NCBI GenBank assembly: GCA_000165345.1
Contig: CM000430.1
Location: forward strand, 608,001 to 672,000
DNA length: 64,000 nucleotides
Direction of reading: 5' to 3'
Position 1 is the first letter of the stretch; every line of letters begins with the position of its first letter. The notes below the pieces were generated by a model. It made no database searches, was not told the origin of the DNA, and worked only from the letters and a program-made list of their open reading frames with translations. Of the stretch, positions 28,536-39,673 are shown in pieces. The position numbers and the translations under genes are program-made.

Positions 28536-30140
28536 TTGAAAATGAAGAATCTCGTGAAGGTTATTTTGGGGCTTTTATTTGGACTAGTTTCAGTCCATTC
28601 TCTAAGCCTGAGAGCAGGAAGCCAAGAATTGATTATCAGTGAAGACGTTTCAGATTTATTTAATGGGAAAGAGGTCAGAAAAATTGAGGTAAGATCCCCA
28701 GTTTCAGGTATATTAAGCAAGGTGAATATCCATCAAACTGGCTATCATAGCTCAGGAACAGCCTTTGTAGTAACAGCTGACTCTAGCCAGTATTATAAGA
28801 GTACTATCAATACAGGAGGCAAGAATGTATCAGTAAAGAGAGTCATCGATGCTGGCAGGAATGTATACATTCAGATCTTTAGAGATTCATATGTTACGTT
28901 ATATACAAACAAGGTTGTTGGCGATAGTGTTTCTCAATATGATCTCTTAGCAATATTATTTGTTGTTAAAACTAGACAGGGAGAAGCTCCACTTGTTAAG
29001 AAGTTACCAAGATCTGTTCCAACAATGCCAATTCCTAATCCAACTGCTTCATCTACTACTGTTGATTTAGAAACTGTGAACTCAAGTTTGGATTCCAGTT
29101 CTGGACAAATTTCTGAATCAGCGGCTGCTGAGGAAGCTGGACTTGATAAGGAGCAGAAATTGGACTTGACAGGAGAGAGCTCACCAACAGTTGAAGCTGA
29201 GAGAGTTACTGAAGAAGTAAAAGCCGATGAAACATCAAACGAAGTTGTGACTCAACAGACATCTGAAGAGATTGCTGAAAAGGTCGACTCAACATTGGAT
29301 AATCTTGCTTCTATTCCAGAAAAATCAGAATTAGATACTGATGTTACAGATGAAGAAACCAACAAAGAGAATGACTTCTCCGAACTTTCAGAATTTGCAT
29401 CTGATTCAGAAGAGTCTAAGGGAGCAAGCTCTTCTCGTAATTCAGAGTCTGAACCTGAACCAGCTTCCGTAGCCAGTTCTGAGAATGAGTCTCAAATGAC
29501 TAAGCCTGATCAAGGGATCGAGCCAACTGTGGAAGAATCGTCTACAGAAATCAGAGTCCTTGCAGAAAAGCAGGATACTGAAACTCCTAGTTTAGATCAA
29601 GGAGAAACAATTGAAACTCAAACAAATATTGTTAAGGTTTCTGAGGTTAGCCAAGCACCTGAAGATGTTATTGAAACCAAGCCTATTACTGAAGAGCTTT
29701 CAGCTGAGGAAAATTCTCAAAAGGTAGATGAACCTAAAACTGAACAAGATTTGAAGGATGAATCTTCAGCTGAGCCCCCAGTTGAATCCCCAATTGAATC
29801 CCCAATTGATTCTCCAGCTGAATCCCCAATTGAATCTCCAGTTGAATCTCCAGTTGAATCTCCAGTTGAATCTCCAGCTGAATCTCCAGCTGAGTCTGCA
29901 ACTGTTGCACCTACAACTGAGACTGCTGAGGAAGCCAAAGAAGAGGAGCTTTTACAAGGCCTCCCATCTCAACCAGTTCTTGGACAGTTAGAGATAGCTG
30001 AAAAGCTTGAAGACTTGGACACTGAGCCATCTGAGAGTATGGAAGAATCAGGAGGTGATGGGGTTGCTTCATTGGATTCTGCTGGGAGAATGATTGGTTC
30101 TGATATTGAGAATAGTGGATCAGCTATTGAGAACCCTTAG
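28536..30140 (+). CDS. Secreted acidic repeat protein, 534 aa (globular N-domain plus Glu/Ser/Pro-rich disordered tail)
   Basis: Signal peptide MKMKNLVKVILGLLFGLVSVHS. The C-terminal half is strongly acidic and contains about 11 tandem 12-nt repeats encoding (P-V/I/A-E-S). Confidence 0.65.
   Translation: MKMKNLVKVILGLLFGLVSVHSLSLRAGSQELIISEDVSDLFNGKEVRKIEVRSPVSGILSKVNIHQTGYHSSGTAFVVTADSSQYYKSTINTGGKNVSVKRVIDAGRNVYIQIFRDSYVTLYTNKVVGDSVSQYDLLAILFVVKTRQGEAPLVKKLPRSVPTMPIPNPTASSTTVDLETVNSSLDSSSGQISESAAAEEAGLDKEQKLDLTGESSPTVEAERVTEEVKADETSNEVVTQQTSEEIAEKVDSTLDNLASIPEKSELDTDVTDEETNKENDFSELSEFASDSEESKGASSSRNSESEPEPASVASSENESQMTKPDQGIEPTVEESSTEIRVLAEKQDTETPSLDQGETIETQTNIVKVSEVSQAPEDVIETKPITEELSAEENSQKVDEPKTEQDLKDESSAEPPVESPIESPIDSPAESPIESPVESPVESPVESPAESPAESATVAPTTETAEEAKEEELLQGLPSQPVLGQLEIAEKLEDLDTEPSESMEESGGDGVASLDSAGRMIGSDIENSGSAIENP
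29773..29893 (+). repeat. Tandem 12-nt coding repeat (CCAGTTGAATCT-like, about 10-11 units) encoding PVES/PIES/PAES
   Basis: Directly visible as cccagttgaatccccaattgaatccccaattgattctccagctgaatcc...gaatctccagttgaatctccagttgaatctccagct. Confidence 0.85.
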
Positions 30141-31010
30141 TAGTTTTTATTTAGTCAAATCTTGTTTCTGGGCCAATTATCACTAGTGTCCTGATTTAAA
30201 TTGAAGGAAGTTATTTTAATTTTGATTTATAGATGAAGTTACATGGTTCAAAAACTATTGGACTGTTAATCTTTAAGCTTTTACTAATATTTAATTTATA
30301 TTATTTTTCAATGGGATTCCGTAGTTGGTTTGAAGCAAAATATTGAATTTTTTGGTCGACATTCAATTTCTAACTTGATAATTGAAGAATTTCTAATTAT
30401 TTCCAACCAAAATTCGAATATTTTTTCTCCTAATTAGTATCTAAATGAATTTTTTAATAAAAGATGAAGTATGATTATTTATGTACTGTTTTCTCAGGTT
30501 GAGACGTTTTGCTGTGATTGCCCCTTGCTATTTATTTCTATTTGTTTTCTATTTAAATCTAGTATTATTTATTTAGCAATTAAAACTTTGGCTCCAAGAA
30601 GAAGTACTGGTAAGGACACTTATTAAAATAACTAAAAGTTTAATAACAAAATTATTGTTGAGAGGGGGATGTTTTTTTTTCTATATTTAACTTGCATGCA
30701 ATTTATATTCACAAATTATGCGGTAATTTGTGAAACTATTTAAAATTTTTGTAGAAAATGCATTTATTAGAACAGCTATATAATGTATGAATACATTAGT
30801 TAAAACAAATTGAGTATAAGTACTAATATATGAGAAAAAATAATTCTTTAAATACAAGGTTTTTATAATTAGGTTTATTTAATCTTTATTATATATATTT
30901 TTTTTTGCCAGGAATAATTACAAAATAACACAAGGGTGGAGACAAAAATAGTCAAGCGGGGTATTTCTTAAACAAATAAGTGTTTTCTGAGTTTAGTCTG
31001 TAAAAATACA

Positions 31011-32609
31011 ATGCCTATTAAAATAGATAATTACAGAAGAGAACAATGCTACTTTACTGATTGGTTGAGAACTGTAGCGTGCATACTTGTTTTGTCGGTA
31101 CATGGAATGGTGCTAGTTCAGAGAATATTCAATTTGAGTGATATCGACAAGGATATATCTGATAATTACTTATTGATTCTGCTCCACCATGGAATGCCGG
31201 TTTTCTTTTATTCATCTGGAAGAGCAGCTTTCTTTTCTGCAAACAAATCAGGTAAGCGATAATTAACTAAATAGAAATTGATAAAATTCTGTTTATATAA
31301 CTATTGAAATATTGTAGAAAATTGCGGATTCCTGAACTTCCTATATAAGAAGACTCTTCGACTTTTGATACCTTCAATAGCAGGATACTTTACTGTAGTT
31401 GCAGCAGCAGCATACTTAGGGTCAGATTGGCGTCCATGCGCACCAACTCGTCCATATAATTCAGTATTTGACTTTTATTCAAGATTTCTTGCAGAATTTA
31501 ATTGCTCTGGATTAGAGTGGCTTTGGACTCTACCTATGATTTTTGCAATTTCAATTATGAATTGGCCATATACGATATATTTGAATCGTGTGGCAAAAGA
31601 ACGGGCGCTCACAAAGTTTAAAGTTAGTTTAAAGAAAGAAAATGAGTCCGAAAAGATAGTGAATTTTTTTAAGGAGAATAAAACACTATCGATGAGTTTT
31701 TTGTTTATAGCAACAATGATGTTTTCTTTACATATTCTTTTAAGTTTTTCAGTGAAGGGGATACTGGTTCCAGTGATATTGTGTTATATTTCACTACCTT
31801 TATTCGTTAAGTTTGTAGCTAAAGCTAATCTAAATGAGAAAAGTGACTCGAAAATTACGTCATTTTTAGCTTATTTACCACTTTATTTATCATCCGCATA
31901 TATTGGTTTGAAATTGGATGATTCAGTCAACAATACATTTTCTTCCAATTATAATTCAAATAATATTCTCCTCTATGGTATGAGATTAGCCGGTGATGAA
32001 AGAGCACTCAGACTATGTATTTCGTTATTATTCTACAATTTTTACTATTTGTCAGGATTTTTGGATACTTTATTTCAAGTTGATACTGAAATTGAGAGAA
32101 ATATCTATCTTAATAATTTAGCTCCTCTCAAAGTTATTATACTAATAGCTTTGAATGCTTTATCTTTTCCTGGGAATAAGTCTCTAGTTTCATATATTTG
32201 GGCATATCCTTATTATACTGGAGGAGTAACAACATGCATTTTTATTATTGGAACATGGGTTTGGCTTGAATTGTTCAGAATTACTGGAACTCAGCTTTTT
32301 AAAAATGTCAAAATCTCTGAGAATCTCCATAGACATTTTTCACGTAGTGGGATAGTTATTTACATCACACATTCAGTTTGGCTGGAGTTTGTGACCAGAT
32401 ATTTTTTAATATACTATATTTCCCCAGATAGCTCATATTCTTTGTATGACGGAAAGTCCATTAGCCTCTTTGGCTTTGTTTTTCCCGGATTTGGTATGAT
32501 GAGCTCTTGGATATTACTTAATATATCGGGTATAATCCTCAGTGTTATTACTTACATGTTCATCATCAATTTTAGGATCCCTAGATTATTCTTCGGCATT
32601 AGTAATTAA
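31011..32609 (+). CDS. Multi-pass membrane protein of the acyltransferase-3 (OafA/NRF-type) family. Proposed join(31011..31251,about 31382..32609)
   Basis: Exon 1 carries both N-terminal family signatures: DWLRTVACILVLSVHG (compare R-x-D-x-LRG-x-A-x-LLVVxxH) and GMPVFFYSSGRAAFFS (compare GVDxFFVLSGFLI). It ends in phase 1 at donor GTAAGC (31252). ORF 31365..32609 has no ATG for its first 57 codons, and an in-frame TAG lies just upstream, so it must be a downstream exon. The only phase-1 acceptor is ...TTTTGATACCTTCAATAG|CA, about 31381. More than 10 predicted TM helices follow. The exon-2 start is uncertain by 1-2 nt. Confidence 0.5.
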
Positions 32610-33571
32610 AATCTACCAATAGTTTCCTCTTATTTTTTTTTTCAAATATTCATGCATGCATCTTTATGTACCGGCGCTCTGTTCCATACACTGCGCATGC
32701 AACTATGCATCCACATGAATCTAAGTGTACAAAAAAAGAAAAAAACCAAAACAACAAAAAGAAAATATATACAAAAATATTGATAAATCAGAGCAAAACC
32801 CGAAGTCTAAAATGAACTAAGCACACTGTTCATAAAAAAAACTTTCGTATTACATGGTGGAATTGAATCTTTGATTAGTGACACGCAAAGCAAAGATTTT
32901 ACATTGGAAAAATTAACCAATAACACCGTTCCTGGATATAGCGTAAAATCTCCGTAGTCTTAGGAAAAATAACAAACTTCGACAATATTACGAAAAAAAA
33001 AGTATCTCATAATAAATGAATTATTGAATGCGGAAAAGTCTTGTTTTACATTGTTAACCCCATATTAAAGGTATAAACTTCGATATTAAAAAGTGTTGGT
33101 ATGACCGGCTAATATAAAAATTCTTCTTAAAGCTATTTCAAGCCAATGCCGTCCAATAATTCTGAGATTGCTAAACAAATAATGTTATCGTAATAAGGAA
33201 GATCGGAAATATTACTTCAATTAACGCCTAACTTTAGTGAACAAAAGACATCTCCATACGGATTCTATTCAAATGTGCAAATGCATAAACATTTATTCAA
33301 TTAATAAGCCATCAATATTAATTATTAAAGGTATTTATACTCGAAGAACCGAATGTCATTGACTTTCCATTAATTTACAAAAAGCTAAAGGAAAATGCGA
33401 CTAATAGTTCACATATAGTTGAATTGGGGGAAAAAATTAAAGCCATACATCATCTAATAACATCTGAATATTTTTTCAACTCAAAGATAATACTTTACAT
33501 CAATTATTGCTTGCACTTTATGGAATGTAAATATAATAATTTAGTCATGGTTTTACCACCAGCTAAGTAAT

Positions 33572-36500
33572 TTAAATCCTTGTTCTCCCAGAAAATACAC
33601 TAATGAGTACTTCTAATATTACTGAAGCCAAAATTGGATCTTCCTCAACAATTATGACCTTCAAACTAGAGCTAGTGTAATGTTTCACTTTATTGATCAA
33701 GGCTTTGATTGCTTGTAATATGTGTTGTTCTGCGCGGTGTCTAGAAACTTCATACATTTCTTTTAAGGAAAATATTTCTAATACAACTTGTTTTTCTGAA
33801 TTCGCCACAGCCTTAGAGATAACTTCTTCAAAAGCAGACGAAACAGATCTATTGTCAACATCAACCATGTACAATCTACTTAATGTTTTTGTTAATGGTA
33901 CTGTGTTGTCTCCATATTTTCTATTTGCAACTACGGTAACTCTACCTAGAAGCGATGGATATGAATGACCAATCAATGATAAAATGTTGTGAATTCCTGG
34001 ACTCAATGCGTCTATAGCTAGAACTTGACAGTTAACAAGGTCTGAAATATTTGCATTAGTTAAATAGAATCTCTTAGAAAGTTCAGTTAAAGAGGTACTG
34101 GCAAAAGTTGTTAACTGTTGAACCCAATAATTCATGCTATATAAGCCACTAACATCAGGCTTGGAATGTAGCCTAGTGAATTCGCGAAGTGCTGAATAAT
34201 GAGAGCTAGTAAATGTTGAACTAGAAGGAGCTGGTCTAGAGGCATCCTTGTTTCCGGTGAATTTTGGTAGTGGAGGTCTTGGAGGAGGTATTTTAGTAGG
34301 TCTAGGAGTGGTAGTAGTAGTAGTAGTTCTCATTATACGTCTACTAATTTCCTTCCTAACACTACTTAAGAGATTCTTTGATTTTCTTGGTGTCGTTGCT
34401 GGCGCTCTGAATTGTGGAATTATATTACCTCCAACGATTCCGCTTAAGCTCATCCAGTTTCGGTTGATAGATGTAAGGGTTGCACCAATCCCGCCTGAGC
34501 TTGCGTATTCAAGATAATAGGTTGCAAAGAGATCCAATGCAAGGAAGAAAACTTCAGAGTTTCTCTCGTAGAATGTGAGGTGGATGGAGTCTCTATGAGG
34601 GCTAGTGGAAAAGAATTCATCCATACTTTTAGCTGCTTGGAGGATGTACTCCTTATTTCTTGATTCACTTGTAATCATAGAAGTTGCAATTAATGGGGAG
34701 AGAATAGTAGTGCATCTATATTTTGCAGAGGCAAGTATTTTCTTGTAAAGAGCTTCTACAGCCTTGACCCTACTATTATAAATAAACTTTGTAGAATTAA
34801 GACAGTAGACTCTGGAAACATTGGTCATCCATGGTTCAATTGTGTAAGCATTTAAAGCTCTCACTCCCAACACCTTGATTTCAGAGCTACCAACTGAAGC
34901 GCATTCCTTTGCACTGATACCAAGCTTTACAGCGAGTTCAAGTTGAGCTTTTTCTGATACATCGACTACTAAGCATCCGCATCCAACAACACCTGGATTT
35001 GAGCTTGAAAGAATAAGAGAAAAGTGGTTTGAAGTTGTGGGTTGAGGAATTCTACCGTTGTACATTGATTGAATGAATTCAGAAACTGGTGTACCTGACA
35101 TACATTCTTCATCAGAGTCGAAATAGTATGTTGCTTGTGTACTTGGTCTAATTGAAGGTTGTTGAGATGCTACTGGTCTTAATGGCCCAATAGGTCGCTG
35201 TGGTACTGGTGGTGGAGGTCTTGATGGTCTTGGTGGTCTTGGTGGAGGTCTCATAGGTATTGTGGGTGGCATAGGAGTGGTTGTGTCTGTACCAAGTAAT
35301 TCTTCTGATGTTCTGACATTCATGAAGTATGGTTTTATTTGATCAACAAGAACTTCGAATTTTTCTCTTGTTTCTGTTAAAATAGTGATATGCATCTGCG
35401 AATTATAAAGCAAGAACTCATTTAACGCAGCAGCTAAACCCTCAACAGCGGCTGTAATAATTTGAATAGAGTATATATGACGAGAATCCCATAGACCAAA
35501 AGGTAAAACCAATAATTCACTCAAACGGTGCTTATCTGCAAATTCAAATATTTGCAAGTAGGCAGCTTTGATCAAATCCATCAAGGATTCATATGTACCT
35601 ACTTCATGAATGGCATTATAGAAGTCAAGGTACATTACCTTCTTTAAAGATGAGTACCAAATAGCAGGACTTTGGCGATAATTCGTTGATCTTACTGTAA
35701 CTCCTGATTCCTGAGTAACAGGACTATATGGAAGACCCATTTCTCTCATCAGTTCTTCAAACTTATAAGTCCCGCTTTCCATTATGAAAGCATCGCATGA
35801 GTGAATACCTATTGTAAAATCAGAGTATGCCAAAGAAATCTGAGTTGTTACGGAAGTATATTTATTAATGTATGGATCATTGGCTTCTGAAAGTAAAGTA
35901 AAGAAATTCTTCATTGTTGGGCAAGCAATACCATCGTATTGGTTGAAATCTGAAAGTAGCTGAGTTCTTGGCAAAGGAACCGGAGTTGGAGCTGGAATTG
36001 GAGTTGGGGCTGGAGTTGGGGCTGGAGTTGGGGCTGGAGTTGTACCAGACTGAATCGATTGATTATATGCTACTGGGTTTCTAGTAAATGCCTTTGAGAA
36101 CCCATGCAAGACTATATTGTAGGAATAGAAATCAGGTGCTGGAATAATAATATTGAATGGGCATTTCATATTATTGTTTCCAAAAGCTGTCATAACCCAA
36201 CTTCTCACTTGAAAAGCTGCATTATTAACTCTGGATTCAAAGTTAGTAGAGCCTGGTGTAATGATTGGTAATAGGATGTTTGAAACTTGATCTGCTGAAG
36301 CTCTATCCAAAATACTAGTGTATAACACAGACTCTGGGGCCGAGGATTGAACACAGTATATTGAACCCAATTTAGTACGACGACTTAAATTTGCATTTAA
36401 GTCAAATACAGCTGGGATATGGCTTGTTGTGGCAGGGCATGTAACTCTGGCAGAGTTTAGTAATGCAGTACTATCTGCACTCCTGGAGTCTACGACCAAA

Positions 36501-36694
36501 GCATCGCATGACGTGGAACTTAGAATTGATGGTGAATATGAATCAAGCAATACAACTGATACACACTTTGCTGAATTAAGAGAACCACCTCTATTCGCCA
36601 AGTAGATATCTAAAGCCGAGGTTGAGGCACAGTCAAAGGAGTACACAGCTGCAATTAGCTGAGATAACAGAGTAAAGAGTAATAAATAATTCAT
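33572..36694 (-). CDS. Large secreted Pro/Thr-linker glycoprotein, 1040 aa, lineage-specific
   Basis: ATG at 36694 followed by the signal peptide MNYLLLFTLLSQLIAAVYS. It has many Cys and N-glycosylation sequons. A (TPAP)n linker is encoded by a 12-nt tandem repeat at about 35985-36046. A second proline-rich linker, PPPRPPRPSRPPPPVPQRP, is also present. Confidence 0.65.
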   Translation of the reverse strand: MNYLLLFTLLSQLIAAVYSFDCASTSALDIYLANRGGSLNSAKCVSVVLLDSYSPSILSSTSCDALVVDSRSADSTALLNSARVTCPATTSHIPAVFDLNANLSRRTKLGSIYCVQSSAPESVLYTSILDRASADQVSNILLPIITPGSTNFESRVNNAAFQVRSWVMTAFGNNNMKCPFNIIIPAPDFYSYNIVLHGFSKAFTRNPVAYNQSIQSGTTPAPTPAPTPAPTPIPAPTPVPLPRTQLLSDFNQYDGIACPTMKNFFTLLSEANDPYINKYTSVTTQISLAYSDFTIGIHSCDAFIMESGTYKFEELMREMGLPYSPVTQESGVTVRSTNYRQSPAIWYSSLKKVMYLDFYNAIHEVGTYESLMDLIKAAYLQIFEFADKHRLSELLVLPFGLWDSRHIYSIQIITAAVEGLAAALNEFLLYNSQMHITILTETREKFEVLVDQIKPYFMNVRTSEELLGTDTTTPMPPTIPMRPPPRPPRPSRPPPPVPQRPIGPLRPVASQQPSIRPSTQATYYFDSDEECMSGTPVSEFIQSMYNGRIPQPTTSNHFSLILSSSNPGVVGCGCLVVDVSEKAQLELAVKLGISAKECASVGSSEIKVLGVRALNAYTIEPWMTNVSRVYCLNSTKFIYNSRVKAVEALYKKILASAKYRCTTILSPLIATSMITSESRNKEYILQAAKSMDEFFSTSPHRDSIHLTFYERNSEVFFLALDLFATYYLEYASSGGIGATLTSINRNWMSLSGIVGGNIIPQFRAPATTPRKSKNLLSSVRKEISRRIMRTTTTTTTPRPTKIPPPRPPLPKFTGNKDASRPAPSSSTFTSSHYSALREFTRLHSKPDVSGLYSMNYWVQQLTTFASTSLTELSKRFYLTNANISDLVNCQVLAIDALSPGIHNILSLIGHSYPSLLGRVTVVANRKYGDNTVPLTKTLSRLYMVDVDNRSVSSAFEEVISKAVANSEKQVVLEIFSLKEMYEVSRHRAEQHILQAIKALINKVKHYTSSSLKVIIVEEDPILASVILEVLISVFSGRTRI
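35985..36046 (-). repeat. Tandem 12-nt coding repeat (GGAGTTGGGGCT on + strand) encoding TPAPTPAPTPAP
   Basis: Visible as ggagttggggctggagttggggctggagttggggctggagttg within the 1040-aa gene. Confidence 0.8.
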
Positions 36695-37545
36695 TTTCTC
36701 TTCTGGAGGCGATATATTCTACCTTCAAATCTCCAGTTTAACTAAATAAATGAATTTAGTGAAATAAATTACGTAATTTTTTTACTTGTACCATTCAGAT
36801 TATTGAATATCATATAATATATTTTACTATTTATTAAATATATTTTAATACAATTTTCAAAAGAGACAGGCGGTTCCCGCCCAGTTATTTATGCGTTAAT
36901 AAAATAAAAAAAGGTACCGGTGGATATTAATTAGATAATTAATACAAATGGGAAATCTAATATTAGAAAAGAAAATCTTTTTTTATTTTATTGGAAAAAT
37001 TATGAAAATTTGTAAAATGTTATCGTAGATTTTAGTAGATAAAATTTTCTTAGTTGTGTGATTTGTTAAAATTTTTTTTTTTTTTTGAATTTAATAAAAG
37101 TTTTAATTTTTAGAATAATTCACGTGTTGAAAGCGTATTTAACTTAGCTTGTATAAATATGCCATTAATATGGTATATTTTGTAATTAATAAACGACAAT
37201 ATATTTCATTGTTAATATTATGATGCATATCTATAAATAATTAATATTTTGCCGGTTTTTCTCTTGAATTATGACATTTTTAAATGAGCTTAATTTTTCG
37301 TTAATTTTTTAATTATATTTCAAAGTTTGACCAATGCAATTATGGCGGGAAACCATCTTAAGAGGGAAAATTGTTTCATGTAATGGAAAAAAATTGACAA
37401 AAAAAAAGATTAAGAAATTTTTTTAAAAAAAGAATATATTAAAAAGTAATTAAAATAGTTTGTTTGAAATATAGCTTAAGGAAATAAGAGAGATTGAAAA
37501 GGAACTGAATTTTTTTTTATTGCAAATATTCACTTATATGAATTA

Positions 37546-39324
37546 ATGAGGCACAGAAAAGAATACAAAGCTAGAGAGCTAAATTCTTTTGAAAATGAGC
37601 ATAGAAGAGAAGATTTAAAAGCAAATATTGAAGAAAGTAGACCAAAAAGTAGCCTATTAAGAATTATTTTGGACTACATAGGTCTGCTATTGTACTATTT
37701 TATAAATATTGCCAAATTAATTTTTCATTACATACTTAATCCAAGATTAAATACATTAAAGGAATTATACCCTCATCATACAGCTGGAAAATATGAACCA
37801 AGAAGTAAATTTGGGTACCGGTTCTTTTTAGTTTGCAATAGAGTGCAAAATATTGGTTTTGGATTTGAATATAGAGGAGTATATTATTTTAGTAATGCAC
37901 ATTTTAATGCAAATACAGATAAATTAAAGATTGATGGGAAGGAAATTAGGCTATACCAGCAAGGATTTACGATGTTATGTTCAAAAAAAGAGCATAATAT
38001 GAAAAAGCCAAGAGATGACGAAGATTTATATTTGTTGAATCCCTATATGCCAACAATTAAAGGAAAGTGTATTTACAAGAATCCCTTCTTTTATTCATTT
38101 TTCCCAATTAATTCTATTTGTAGGGAGTTTACAGGACTACCTATAACTAATAGTAAGGGGGAGCTGGTATCAATATACGATAATTTTAGAAAAGTGAATA
38201 GCTTGGTTTATAATATAATTGGGGACGTTAACTTATGGAAAGAAGAGCAAAGTAATACATGTACTGATTATAAGGTTGAAAGTGTTCAAACAGACCGCAA
38301 GGATATACAAGTTTTTAGGGTAATTTCTAAATTTGAGGATGGATGTGATAATTTTGAAAATAATGAAATTGTTGGATACTTTTTCAAATATAACTCAATT
38401 AATTACATTTCTGGAGCATTTGTTGATGAATTTGGGAATCTGAGTTTGCCAATAGCACTGGAAGATATTAATGAAGCTGAAAATACTTTAAAATATTCAA
38501 ATTTATACAGGGATTTATGGGTTTCAGTACCAAATTCTATGCATAATTTAAGTTTGCCAGACCAAGATGAATATGCTTTTGTATTAAATATTACTAGGAA
38601 CAACCAGAAAGAGATTAAGGGTAGGATAAAAATAGATATTAATCAGCAATTTTGGGCAGAGTTTGTGGGAGTTCCAAATAGAGAATTTTTAGGACTACCA
38701 ATATTAAATAGAAATGACCAATTAATAGGAGTATATAGTGATTTTAACATAGAAAATAGTTTTGGAAGACTCAAATATTCAGTTTATCTTGGAGGGATAA
38801 ATACATTTAAGAATTTTTTTTTAAGAATAAGTTTGAGAAATCAAAATACCATACAAACTCTTGAAACTGATTTTGATATGGAAATCCTTGAGCAAGTTGT
38901 TTCTCTTTGTTCTATGGGTACTGAAGATAATGATAAATCCTGCAATAAACTTGTAAATAGGGTTCTTTTTGGTGTTGGAAGTGAAGATATTTCTCAACAA
39001 ACTTATGAAAATCTTGAATTAATATTAAAAAAAAGATATCAAGATTCATCTTTGTACCCTGATAGCATTATTTCTGTTTCTAATAACCCAAATATTAGAT
39101 ACACTCAAGTACAAGATAAGAAGTTCATTATAGCAAATACTAACTGGATAGGGTATTCTTACCTTAATAGTGGCAACTTATTCCCATTTAATTCTTCTAA
39201 AAGTCTCCTAATCATATTATCTAACACTTCTACCGTATTAACTGAAGAGCTTCTTGAGAGTTATTATAAAAAAACTCATAAAACCAAACGTGGATTTTAT
39301 CTCAAGTTTATTTCAAATAAATAA
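37546..39324 (+). CDS. Hypothetical protein, 592 aa, probable type II membrane/secreted (N-terminal hydrophobic anchor)
   Basis: ATG at 37546. A hydrophobic segment (LLRIILDYIGLLLYYFINIAKLIF) lies near residues 35-60. No recognised catalytic motif. Confidence 0.5.
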   Translation: MRHRKEYKARELNSFENEHRREDLKANIEESRPKSSLLRIILDYIGLLLYYFINIAKLIFHYILNPRLNTLKELYPHHTAGKYEPRSKFGYRFFLVCNRVQNIGFGFEYRGVYYFSNAHFNANTDKLKIDGKEIRLYQQGFTMLCSKKEHNMKKPRDDEDLYLLNPYMPTIKGKCIYKNPFFYSFFPINSICREFTGLPITNSKGELVSIYDNFRKVNSLVYNIIGDVNLWKEEQSNTCTDYKVESVQTDRKDIQVFRVISKFEDGCDNFENNEIVGYFFKYNSINYISGAFVDEFGNLSLPIALEDINEAENTLKYSNLYRDLWVSVPNSMHNLSLPDQDEYAFVLNITRNNQKEIKGRIKIDINQQFWAEFVGVPNREFLGLPILNRNDQLIGVYSDFNIENSFGRLKYSVYLGGINTFKNFFLRISLRNQNTIQTLETDFDMEILEQVVSLCSMGTEDNDKSCNKLVNRVLFGVGSEDISQQTYENLELILKKRYQDSSLYPDSIISVSNNPNIRYTQVQDKKFIIANTNWIGYSYLNSGNLFPFNSSKSLLIILSNTSTVLTEELLESYYKKTHKTKRGFYLKFISNK

Positions 39325-39673
39325 TTTTTTTTTGCTTAATTATATGCAGCCATCCATATTCATTGTGAATGCATGCATGCAATTTTTTCCTATGATTACG
39401 TGTATTGCATGCATTTTCTTTCTTGATTAAAAAAAAAATTCAAAAAAATGATCTATAAGTTGGATTTATTAATAAAAAGGTAATCTCTCTAATAATAATA
39501 TAATTTATTACTAAATAATGATTATTAAAATTTGTTGTTTATTATATAATTCAAATCTAATATTAAGATTTAAATGAATAATAAATCTTGATATTTGACA
39601 ATATTCTTTTCATTTTCTCTTTAATGTATTTGAAAATAGTAAAGTTGTAAAATTATAAAATAACTAGAATAAA

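Noticed and set aside
29717-29991. ORFs MNLQLSPQLNPQLNP... (plus) and MASSAVSVVGATVADSAGDS... (minus).
   Set aside because: These are other-frame and antisense translations of the 12-nt PVES tandem repeat within the 534-aa gene.
31308-31320. Alternative acceptor ATTGTAG|AAAAATTGC for the acyltransferase-3 gene.
   Set aside because: Phase 0 does not match the phase-1 donor at 31252, and an in-frame TAG sits at the junction. The downstream CAATAG|CA acceptor is phase-consistent.
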